44,367 bases of DNA from Macrostomum lignano (taxonomy: Eukaryota): positions 1 to 44,367 of the forward strand of contig NIVC01004489.1 in assembly GCA_002269645.1 (NCBI GenBank). Direction: 5' to 3'. The notes under the pieces are model-generated. The model searched no databases. It was not told the DNA's origin and saw only the letters and a list, made by a program, of their open reading frames with translations. Positions within the stretch are counted from its first letter, which is position 1. Each line of letters begins with the position of its first letter. This document shows positions 24,150-34,815 of this stretch, piece by piece. The position numbers and the translations under genes are program-made.

Positions 24150-24636
24150 GCATTTGTGATTCTAACTGCATATTGCAAAAAAATAATTGTGTTGATTTTG
24201 CTCGACTGACGTTTATATTGATTCACTCGCGGCGACTTATTTGCGTAACTCGAGGGTTGAATTGTGAGTGAGAAGTCCTCCCTCCCTCAAACTCCTCCCC
24301 CCCACAAGTCCGCCTCTACCGGCCTCCCCCTCCGTAAGTTCCGTCCCTATAAGCTTCGACTGTCTCTGCACTGTCTCTCAATCTTGCGAGTGACGCAACT
24401 TATAGCATTACGCCACAAGACGACTTGGGTTGAGGAATGAAGTGGGGGAAGGGGATCGCGGTGTGCGAGAGTTGGACGGATTAAAGCTACGCCTCAGTTT
24501 TCTCGTATCTTTTATTTCAAATTAGTCCAAGCTAGAAGCTAGCTCACTGGCGCATAGAGTGGCGACTTTTTTCAATGTTGCTTTGTCAGTGGGGATTCTC
24601 AACTTGACTGACAAGATACGAGTATTTTGTATGACT

Positions 24637-27600
24637 GGGTTCAAAACTTGACTGAATGACGATATAGCTGCATGTGGATCTAATATCCCCACGATTACTA
24701 ACCAAAGAAATAAAATGTCTAGCTTTTGCTGGGATTGTGAGACTACATGTACATACAGTATACGCATGTATAAACTATACTAGACAAACAACTGCACTAC
24801 CAGCGTAGCTCGAATACACGCACACGTTGTGTATACTTCAATCGGTCGAATAAATAGAAAAACCATCAACTCCGCCCCTTCGACCCCCCTCCATCAGCTC
24901 CGCCCCTACCGCCCCCCTCCAACAGCTCCGCCCCTACCGTCCCCCCATCAGCTCCGCCCCCTCCAAGAGGTCCGCCCTTACCACCGCCCCTACCGCCCCC
25001 ATCAGCTCCGCCCCTACCGCCCCCATCAGCTCCGCCCCTACCGCCCCCCATCAGCTCCACCCCTACCGCCCCCATCAGCTCCGCCCCTACCGCCCCCAAT
25101 CAGCTCCGCCCCTACCGCCCCCCATCAGCTCCGCCCCCATCAGCTCCGCCCCTACCGCCCCCCATCAGCTCCGCCGCTACCGCCCCCCATCAGCTCCACC
25201 CCTACCGCCCCCATCAGCTCCGCCCCTACCGCCCCCATCAGCTCCGCCCCTACCGCCCCCCATCAGCTCCGCCCCTACCGCCCCCATCAGCTCCGCCCCT
25301 ACCGCCCCCCATCAGCTCCACCCCTACCGCCCCCATCAGCTCCGCCCCTACCGCCCCCATCAGCTCCACCCCTACCGCCCCCATCAGCTCCGCCCCTACC
25401 GCCCCCCCATCAGCTCCGCCCCTACCGCCCCCATCAGCTCCGCCCCTCCAAAAGCTCCACCGCTACCGCCCCCATCAGCTCCGCCCTTCCAAAAGGTCCG
25501 CCCCAACGCCTCCCTTCATCAGCTCCTCTACGACAAAGTAATGGTTAAACACAGCGTGCAGCTCTAAGACAGCGAATATACAGTTATCAACAAATCATTC
25601 TCTAGGAAACTTGATCGACACAAATAATTGGCACCAGTATTGCTTTCGACTATGTAAACGAGACTTGCGCCAATTCAAATAGGACGCCATACGAGATCTT
25701 TGCGAGTATTGCAAGACAACAGTGGCAGAAAAAGACTAGAGTGGGAAGTGAGTTGCTTGCTTCCTATTCAGGTTAGTATTTTGCGTTGGTCTAACTTAAG
25801 CCTGGGGCACAGACTGTGGTCAGGGAAAGAGCAGGGAAGTGGAAGTAGGAAAAGTGACTCCAATTTTATTTACGTATCAAGATTTCCTTGGTTCTATCCG
25901 CGATCCGAAGATCAAATATACTAAGTCTGCGGAGCTCAGTCTGCTTTCCATATACTCGTACCTTTGCTTGAGGAGCATTTGGATCAGTGAGGAGTCTGGC
26001 TAAAGTCTCGTTTCGATTGCCAAAAGCGATACAGTATTACATTACAATGTATTTCAAGCGATTAAAATGGTCATTGCGCTATAAGTTGCATTCAGCAACA
26101 GATTCATATTGGGGCCACACAATGTGACATTATTGGCACAATGTTACGTCAATAAATGCAGAAGTATAGTATATAGTTGTAATACAGAAAAGCGACAATA
26201 GTTATATAATGACATTGGAAATTGAATTTCGCGATAGTATTACACCAACGCCACACGGCATTAACGCCGAACGGTGAAAAGTTAAACACAAGAAAAATGC
26301 ACGGACTTGAAAGTAAACGATTTGCTTGGTTGCGTCGGAATTAAATCAGTAAGAAGCATACGCTTTTTAAATTGCGAGTACCCGGTATGCACCATCACAG
26401 TTCGCAGCTGGGCAAATTATTCTGAAGAGAAGAAGAATTACGATTTTATTAGCAGAGCTACGAGAAGGGGAGCCGCCGGGGGAGGAGGGGCTAGGGAAAG
26501 AGGAGGGTATAAAAGGCTATTTAAAAACACTGTAGCAGACGGGTTATGCATGACACAGTAAGTAAAACAGAGAGGAGGGAAGAGCGTAACAAAGGCATAA
26601 CCAAGGAGAGTAGAGGGTGGGCGCTGAAGTGGAGGAGAGGGAGGGCCCTGGAGTGGAGGAAAGGGAGGGCGCTGGAGTGGAGGAGAGGGAGGGCGCTGGA
26701 GTGGAGGAGAGGGAGGGCGATGGAGTGGAGGAGAGGGAGGGCGCTGGAGTGGAGGAGAGGGAGGGCGATGGAGTGGAGGAGAGGGAGGGCGCTGGAGTGG
26801 AGGAGAGGGAGGGCGATGGAGTGGAGGAGAGGGAGGGCCCTGGAGTGGAGGAGAGGGAGGGCGCTGGAGTGGAGGAGAGGGAGGGCGCTGGAGTGGAGGA
26901 GAGGGAGGGCGCTGGAGTGGAGGAGAGGGAGGGCCCTGGAGTGGAGGAGAGGGAGGGCGCTGGAGTGGAGGAGAGAGAGAGCGCTGGAGTGGAGGAGAGG
27001 GAGGGCGCTGGAGTGGAGGAGAGAGAGGGCGCTGGAGTGGAGGAGAGGGAGGGCGCTGGAGTGGAGGAGAGGGAGGGCGCTGGAGTGGAGGAGAGGGTGG
27101 GGGCTGATGGGAGAAGAGGGTGGGCGCTGGAGGGGAGTAGAGGATGGGGGCTGGAAAGTAAAGGAAGAGAGGGTAGGGGCTAGAGAGGGGGAGGCGCTGG
27201 AGGTGGAAAGAGGGGATAGTAGAGGCTGGATAGGGAAAAGTATAACGCGGGAAGGAGAAGTATAGGAAAAGCAGGATTGTATGGAGAGTATAGGGAGGGC
27301 ATGGAGGGTATAGGGATGGTATGGAGGGTATATGGAGGGTATGAATGGGTATAGAAGGGTATGGAGGGTATAGGGAGAGTATTGAGGGTATATGGAGGGC
27401 ATAGAGGGTACAGGGAGGCCATGGGTGGGTATAGAAAAAGTATGGAGGGTATGGAGGGTATGGAGAGGTTATAAGGAGAGTATAGGGATGGTACGGAGGG
27501 TATAGGGATGGTATGGAGGGTATAGGAATGGTATGGAGGGTATAGGGATGGTATGGAGGGTATATGGAGGGTATGAATGGGTATAGAAGGGTATGGAGGG

Positions 27601-29192
27601 TATAGGGAGAGTATTGAGGGTATATGGAGGGCATAGAGGGTACAGGGAGGCCATGGGTGGGTATAGAAAAAGTATGGAGGGTATGGAAGGTATAGGAAGG
27701 GTATGGAGGGTATAGGAAGGGTATGGAGGGTATAGCGAGGGTATGGAGGTACAGAGAAGGTATATAGGGAGGGTATAAATGGGTATAGGGAGAGTATAGA
27801 GAGTATGGAGGGTATAGAGAGATATAGGGAGAGTATAGAGAGTATAGGAAGGTATGGAGTGTACAGAGGGTATATAGAGAGCATTAGGGTATAGGGAAGG
27901 GGTATGGAGGATGTAGAGAGATAAAGATGGGTATATGAAGGGTATGGAAGGTACAGGGAGAATATAGGGAGGGTATAGAGGGTATATAATTCTGCATCTA
28001 AAAAATTTGTTTCTTGGGTAAAAAAACAAAGCAAATTAGCAAACCTATTAAAAAATAACTGGTCATTATTCCCTTAAGCTATGTTAGCTATGGAAATTTC
28101 GCATTTAAAACAATTTAACCTATAGACTATTTTACCCCTAAGCCAATTTGGTCATAGATTATTTAACCATGTTAATTACCAATCCAAGGCAACAAATATT
28201 AATTAACAAAACTAGCATATAAACATAGATTTATATTATAAGTAACCATTAAATTTTATAATTTTTTAGAACTATAATATGAAAATGGTTAAATAACATA
28301 ATCTTACCTAATGCTATATAAATATAGATATATCATAATTATAATAATATAACCTTTGATAAAATAAATGTTTGCAGGAAAGAAAAGTTAAGATACAAAA
28401 TATCCATGATTATGGCCACAATAATTTAGGGGCAAAAACAAAATTTAAATAACAAAAATGAGAATTTAGTCAAAACATTCTTATTTTATAAATGTAGGCC
28501 TGGCCTAATGAACTTTTTATGCTAGAAATTAACCATTTACTTTTTGTTTGGTTTTAAAAATAAAATGCTTTGATATTAAAAGCTTATTATTATCCCCATG
28601 CATTAAAACTTGATTTATTTGGTAGGCCTATATTTAATGATCAATGTGCTTCCCAACCCCATCAAGTTTGATTTTAATTTTTCTATACCAATAGAATAGG
28701 TCTATAGACTCTAGTCTAGTCTAAGTCTAGTCAGTGTGGCAGAACCAGGTAGTAGGCCTAACGATGATGATATGATCTATTTTAATGATATTCTGACGAT
28801 CCATCTATCTAGGCTAGGCCCCTAAGTCATATCTAATATCCATATCTGTATTTTAGGGATCGCAGTCAGCTCAAACAAGCCTGCTGCTGGCACTTGTACT
28901 CAAAATTAAGCATATTCAAAATTGATGATGTATCGAAAGTTGCTTTAGGAATAACTAACTCTGTACAGTGAAATGTATTTAACTCCCGTTTTTTATTAAC
29001 GAATAGAAAGCAATACTATTCAGTTGTGATTAGGCTACAATATTGAATTTAGACGGTACTAGTTTGTTTGTCATTGTGCAGGCAATATGTACGAGTATCC
29101 AGCATGCAGTAAAGGCAACCAGCATGCAGGATATGCATGTTTATCGTACCTAAAATTGTGCTGAATTCGCGTATAAACTGCTGACACGGGTG
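24637..29192 (-). repeat. Right inverted arm of the foldback (4556 bp)
   Basis: Reverse complement of 14078-18929; shorter mainly through fewer 24-bp units. Confidence 0.95.
26616..27098. repeat. Mirror of the 24-bp VNTR, 20 units
   Basis: Counted from the translation of ORF 26438-27634. Confidence 0.95.
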
Positions 29193-29433
29193 ATCACAGT
29201 TTTTTTATCGAAGTGGATTCCATGTTGAATCAATATACGCTTATTTCTCATGAATTCCTTGTAAAATCCACATCAACATTAGGACAGTAAAAATTAAAAA
29301 ATAGTGCATAAAAAATACTTTGCATACCATTATGTCATCTTTAAGTCATTAATTTGCAAAAATTAAAGAAACATTTAAATTCCACATGGCCACGTGGAAC
29401 CCACGTGGAATCCATGAATCATTTTTCACTGGG

Positions 29434-31422
29434 GCTTAGTTTGGTGTTTAATACATTTTTTAAAGCTGTTTTTTGGTTCAAAAATAATTCCCAGGTATTT
29501 AAATTCATTTACTTCCTCTATTTCTTGGTTGTCGTAGTATATTTTTGTAGCAATGCTTTCTGCGTCGTTTTTTTGTCTGGTATTGCCCTGCATGAACTTT
29601 GTTTTGCTTGCGTTTACTTTCAAGTAATTTTGTTTGCAGTAATTTTCCATAGTCGTAAATGTGTCTTGAAGTTCGTCTTTGTTTTTAGCTAGAATGGCTT
29701 GATCGTCTGCAAAGAGTAGGATGAGTGGGAAAGCAGATCTCGTAAGAGAGCGCCTAGCGCTAGAGAGTTCAAGATATTCAACAATGTCGTCAATATATAG
29801 TTCAAAAAGGATGGTAGAGAGAGGGTTGCCTTGAAGAACACCTTTTGATATTGGGATTGGCTGGGTTTCATCATCATCATCTTCATTTTTTAGAATGAAG
29901 CAGGCATTTTTATGCATGTTCTTGATAAGTTCCGTCTTTTGACCTTTAATACCCTGGTTATCCGTTTTGTGCCAAAGGGTCGGTTGATTTAAGCTATCGA
30001 AGGCTTTTTCATAGTCAACAAATCCAATAAAGAGTTCTTCTTTGTTGTAGATGGATTGGTTTATAATGTTGTAAAGATTAAAACATTGGTCGATTGTGCT
30101 GTGATTGGGCTTGAAACCGTATTGGTATTTTGATATAAGATTGTTTGCGTATGCTAGGTTTTCGAGTCTGGATTTAATAATTTGGCAAAAGAGCTTGCCA
30201 AGAATTGGTTGAATGCAGATTCCTCTGTAATTGTTGGGGTCGGCACTGCTGCCTTTGTTTTTATAAATCGGATGAAGTGTATTTGTTATCCAACTAGTTG
30301 GGAAGGTTCCTTGTTTGAGTGCTTCGTTGAAAAGTGAGCATAGGAGGTCAGCAAGTTCGTTCTCGAGGTATTTGAGTGTTTCTACATATACTTTATCGTG
30401 CCCAGGTGCTTTGTCGGTTTTGAGCTTTTTAAAATGTTTTATAACTTCTTCTTTGGTGAATGGGGCATTGAAATCCTCTAAATCAGCCAGAATAGGGTTG
30501 TCAAGGTGAAGATTGTATGAAAGTCTAATGCTGCTGTCTTGTTCAGTTACAAGATTTTGAAAGTGTATGATAAATTTTTCATCAATTGTTACTCTGTTGT
30601 TTGAGGGATTTGGTGTTTTTAATAAGTTCCAAAGTTGTTTTGTATCGTTTTGAATAAAGGCCTGGTTGATCATGTTGTCTGCACAGAGAGTTGTTTCAAA
30701 TTTCCATGAAGTGAGCTTTTTTTCGTATGCTTTTTTGAGTTGTACTTTGCTTGAGAGGTTGTTGGGAGTAGGGAAGGTTTTATATCTTCTGCAGGCATGT
30801 CTAGCAGCGTTTCTTAAATCTTTAAGGAAACGAGGCAGTGTTGAGCATAGTGGGTTCTTTATCTCTACTGTGATGTTGTTTTGAATTTGTCTAACTTTTC
30901 TACTTAATTCATTTATAAAAGCTGGGTTTTGTATGTCTAGATTTGTGATTTTGTCATGCATGTTTTTCAGGTCATTTGCGAAGTTATTGATATGTTTTTC
31001 TTGTTGCAGGTTGGGTTTATGTGACTTTTTTAGGACTCTGTATCTCGTTTTCGAGTTATTGGTTGCTTGTTTAGTTTCTGTGATTTCCTCTGTGAATTCA
31101 CTTGATAGGGAGAGCACTATTTGGTTGTGGTCGCTAAAGTAGGTGTGGTTCTTTACTTTAAAGTCTTCGAGGTGTTGGAGTAAGCTGGTAGAGACGAAAC
31201 AGAGATCTATAACAGAGGAACCAGATTTTGAGAGAAAGGTGAATTCACCATTTGTGTCTGATAGTGATCTACCAATTGATTAGATGCAGGTTGTATGAGT
31301 CAGCAATCTGGTTAAGTAGTCTACCATTTTTGCAGGTTTTCTTGTCTTGGCTTTGTCTAGTAAGTGAGATGTTTTTTGCTCTGGTGGTATATATTGAATT
31401 TAAATCTATGTACGAGGTATTG
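29434..31422 (-). pseudogene. LINE ORF2: C-terminal half of the AP endonuclease plus reverse transcriptase
   Basis: NGRLLN, SVIDLCFVS, SDHNQIVL, then KAPGHD, NYRGICI, QYGFKPNHST, FVDYEKAFD, GVLQGNPLS.ILF, LLFADD, EFKYLG; two small indels near 31300 and 31225. Confidence 0.93.
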
Positions 31423-31426
31423 TATA

Positions 31427-32473
31427 TGAGGCAGAATCTTTATAAACTATGTATATTACTTATAACAGTAGTTAAACCCGAGTTTTAATCATAGCCAATC
31501 AGAAATTTTCTTCCCCATTTGTTTAAATTCCCCAAACAAATCGAATTCTTTTGTTATAATTTTAGTGATTGTTAAAATGCGTCCCACCTTCCCCAAATTT
31601 TCTGTATATAAGGAATTAGGTTGACACTAAAAAATATAACTTCTTCCTCGGCGATCGTTCTCAATTTTTGCCTTCAGCCACTTGCGAGAATCTTTTAGCG
31701 AAACAAATCTAAATTTGGCTAAGACTTATCTCGTTATTTCTTTCACTAGATAGGGAAACCAGAGGTCGTGGAGACCCAAAACCAGGATTCTAGATAGGGA
31801 AACCAGAGGTCGTGGAGACCCAAAACCAGGATTCTAGATAGGGGAAACCAGAGGTCGTGGAGACCCAAAACCAGGATTCTAGATAGGGAAACCAGAGGTC
31901 GTGGAGACCCAAAACCAGGATTCTAGATAGGGAAAACCAGAGGTCGTGGAGACTCAAAACCAGGATTCTAGATAGGGAAACCAGAGGTCGTGGAGACCCA
32001 AAACCAGGACTCTAGATAGGGAAACCAGAGGTCGTGGAGACCCAATAACAGAAATTTGGACAGGGAGATCGAGATCGTATAGATCCAAAGAAAGCCATAC
32101 AGGCTAATAATAAGCATTACACATTAAGAGATTAGGTATTAGGGAAGTGGATTAGCTACCGCTGGACACCCTTGGTCCCCGGAAGACGCTATACTTTTGG
32201 ACTGAATTAAGGATTAGACAGTGTCTTACCGCTCGGGCACTACACGCTATCACAAGGTTTCTAGGAAATCGTGTGAAATTAGAAGTTTCTAGGAAAAAGT
32301 AATAATTTAGGGCTGCCAACGCTACTCAAAGTAGATATATTAGTGACAATTTATAGAATAAAGAAATTAGAACTAAAGGACAGCAGCAAATTGGTGAGAT
32401 AATTTCAGTAGGAACCCTAAGGCCTAACACAGAGGGTAGCAGAGTGAGAGGTAGAGGAGAGAGAACTGGCACA
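31427..32473 (+). mobile_element. Solo LTR (1047 bp, probably Ty3/Gypsy) inserted in the LINE endonuclease domain
   Basis: TG...CA ends (TGAGGCAG / CTGGCACA), 4-bp TSD TATA (31423-26, 32474-77); CCAAT at about 31495, TATATAA at about 31605, AATAAA at about 32358; removal restores the APE frame. Confidence 0.85.
31748..32045 (+). repeat. 44-bp tandem repeat, six full units plus a partial one, inside the solo LTR
   Basis: AGATAGGGAAACCAGAGGTCGTGGAGACCCAAAACCAGGATTCT repeated. Confidence 0.95.
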
Positions 32474-33155
32474 TATATATGAGCATTGAAGTCGATCCAA
32501 TAAGGAAGATGTTTTCTTCGGAGTGATAAGCATCCAGGAGAATTGTTAACTGTTCCCAATTTTCTTCTTCATAATATTTTGAAGACAGTGGGGGTATATG
32601 GGCGTTTATTAAGGTAAAGCTTTTGTTTTTATCCTTTTTGTGTTTAAAATTTAGTGTCAAGAAGTTTTTATAATGTTTGAATGATTCTGTAACATTGTAT
32701 TGTGTATCTAGTGACTTTTTGTAAGCTGTTAATAATCCACCAGAAGCTCTGCCAATGAATTTACAGCCTTTTTTGTTTGCAGGCTTTTGGTATGTCATGT
32801 AGTTTTCAGACAGGTTGTTGATTTTGAGTCGCTTGTTTTCATTTTTTGTGTCTATTATCCAAGTTTCTTGAAGGCAGAGAATATTATTCTTAAAAATTGA
32901 TTCAGTTTCCAGTAGTTCAAGTTTGGGAATCATCACAGAGTCTTTTATTGTGTAAAGTCCATTGATATTCCAGCTGCTAATAGTAAATTTTTCTTTATCA
33001 ATTTTTTGGATAATATTAAATTCAAGGAGTTTTGATTTGATATTGTAAGGAATTTTTTTGATCTTTTGAGCATTGTTATTTCTAATAGAAATGAGGTACT
33101 TTCTAGTGTATTTTGTATTAAGTAAGGTATTTGAAAGGGCGTCAAGAATTTTTTT
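32474..33155 (-). pseudogene. LINE ORF2: N-terminal part of the AP endonuclease
   Basis: ISSWNINGL, ILCLQETW, GRASGG, LINAHIPP, FLIG.DFNAH (1-bp slip near 32495). Frame is open from a TAA at about 33160. Confidence 0.9.
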
Positions 33156-33352
33156 ACGGTTTTTTTAGCCGATTAACGACTAACGACGGAAGCAGCAAGA
33201 ATCTAAGCAGGGAAAAATAGAAAATCGATGTTGTATAAATATGACCTTAATGCAAAACGATTCTTCTAAAATGCGATTCAGAAAAGGTAGTTAAATATTA
33301 TTTTGTCAATATAGCAAATATCTAGTATAATTGAGGATTGTTCTCAATAATA

Positions 33353-33837
33353 GGCGATTTTTGTAAAAAGATATAGTATTTTTGAAAGCGCGTGATATTT
33401 TAAAGCGTGAAAAACAAGCATAAACACACTTCGAACGAACTTAACGTCTAGCGATTAACGACGAATTAAATAGGAAATTAAAAAGACAGTAAATGAATAA
33501 ACAACTGAAAAGCGGATTTATTACACTGCTGATATATCTGTTTCAATGAATAAACAACTGAAAAGCGGATTTATTACACTGCTGATATATCTGTTTCAGT
33601 TTGCAGAACTGTTTTAACTATTCATGACATCATATATTTTAGCTACACCAGTGAGCTCTTTTCTGACTCTTTTTTCATTTGTAGCATATCCTATCTTGTG
33701 TACTTGCTTGTCATTTAAGAGGTACTGACAGAAGTATTTTTTCTGATCTTTTCAGTTTGTGGACATTCGGTCAAGTAGTGTAGGATATCGGAACTATTTC
33801 TCGCTCCACACAGTCTACATGCTTCATGAGAGAAAAT
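33353..33837 (-). repeat. 5' copy of the LINE terminal direct repeat, containing a ~53-bp tandem duplication (about 33492-33597)
   Basis: Aligns to 10232-10727; match ends abruptly at GAGAGAAAAT (33837). Confidence 0.92.
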
Positions 33838-34815
33838 TCGTTTGTCCCAGCCGTTCGAATCGGTGCGCTTCGACGTTTCAAACAAACTTAAACGAAAACC
33901 TCGGCTTGCAGATGACGGGAGCTCCGCTGCTGAGTTCCTCAGGCTCAGGGGGAGGGTAGCTGTGGTCTCGGCTGAGCGGTCTAGTTGTGCCGACGTTCAG
34001 AAGGCCGAATGCAGAGATTTGTAGCCGATAAGGGAACTTCAAAATAAGCTAGATTGTTGTCGAGAGTCTTACTAATACTAGGTCGCTGCCACCACCGCGA
34101 TTGTGCGCGGGAAAAGCTCTAAAGCTTGAAACTAGCTTGAGTTCGCTCTAGCGCTTCTCAGTAGACCTCCAATTAAGGGTCAAATAAATGCTTCCGCGGT
34201 CACGAAGGCTAAGACACCGTTTTCACACACAAATATTAACTTGGCCGGAGTAACTAAGTGGCCGGTTGAGCTGGATCTTATTATTGACGGTTATTAAGGC
34301 AATAGTTTCACGCACACAGTAGCAATTGACTAAACTTAAATCTTAATCGTTAAACTGATAGGCGAGGCGAGGAGCTGGTCGGGTCGGGATGCTGGGCTTA
34401 CAGGTAGGGTCCCCTCGAATATCTGGAGCTCGGAGTTCGGGACGGGTGAATTCAAATGAGAAGGGGTTCCAGTCGAGAGTCTGGCTGGAAAGGAGGGGCG
34501 CAGACTCTTAAATGTGCTCTCATGAGCCACCGGGAGGAAAAAGGGGTTAATACCCCGGGTGGGACAGGAGAGACACCAGGTGAGGAGAGAGGAGGGTACA
34601 CCGGGTGGTGACGACTAAACACCGGGTGGACCCTAGGGAAAACACGGTAAAACAAAACATTCGGGAGGTGGGAAGGGAAAATTACATTAGGCGAAAAGCG
34701 GATTCCTCACAGGGAATGACGTCAAAAAAGTGCAATTCACTGGGTGAGCAAATCCACTCGGCGGAAACAAAGTTTCGTTCGGTGGGAGCAGTGGGAGGCC
34801 GTGCCTACCACACAA
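33838..34815 (-). mobile_element. Possible remnant of an LTR element (LTR-like block followed by a PBS-like motif)
   Basis: Minus strand begins TGTGGTAGG at about 34813; TGGAGGTCTACTGAGA (34171-34156) resembles a tRNA-Gln primer-binding site. No CA end, TSD or ORF could be fixed. Confidence 0.3.

Larger units (their letters stand above)
14078..29192. mobile_element. Giant foldback-type element (15,115 bp) with ~4.6-4.9-kb inverted arms and a 7-bp TSD
   Basis: Arms 14078-18929 and 24637-29192 are near-identical reverse complements (paired ORF coordinates sum to constant offsets). Ends CACCCGTGTCAGCAG / CTGCTGACACGGGTG; ATCACAG lies directly outside both ends (14071-77, 29193-99). Confidence 0.9.
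11395..29433. mobile_element. Non-autonomous CMC-EnSpm (CACTA-like) element, ~2.9 kb native sequence (11395-14077 plus 29200-29433), expanded to 18 kb by nested insertions
   Basis: TIR CCCAGTGAAAAA(AA)TGA..ATGGATTCCAYGTGG at both ends; 2-bp TSD GC (11393-94, 29434-35); subterminal TCCAYRTGG repeats; empty site restores LINE codons T-K-Q-G-Y. Confidence 0.9.
9914..33837 (-). mobile_element. APE-RT non-LTR retrotransposon (RTE-X-like, inferred), split by nested insertions; native pieces 33837-32474, 31422-29434, 11392-9914
   Basis: Removing each insertion and one TSD copy rejoins the frame (FNAHI|YNTSY and KHQTK|QGYTAMF). The 3' end has a stem-loop followed by a (TAC)n tail. Clade call rests on NYRGI, YQYGF, FVDYEKAFD, LLFADD, YSCELWG and a C-terminal CCHC-type finger. 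Confidence 0.9.

Noticed and set aside
14078-29192. Inverted duplication as an assembly artefact, or as a Polinton/Maverick
   Set aside because: An exact flanking TSD and arm-specific VNTR counts argue against an artefact; no pPolB, integrase, ATPase or capsid ORFs and no AG-type termini, so not a Polinton.
31748-32045. CRISPR-like array
   Set aside because: Units are contiguous with no unique spacers, the context is eukaryotic, and there are no cas genes.
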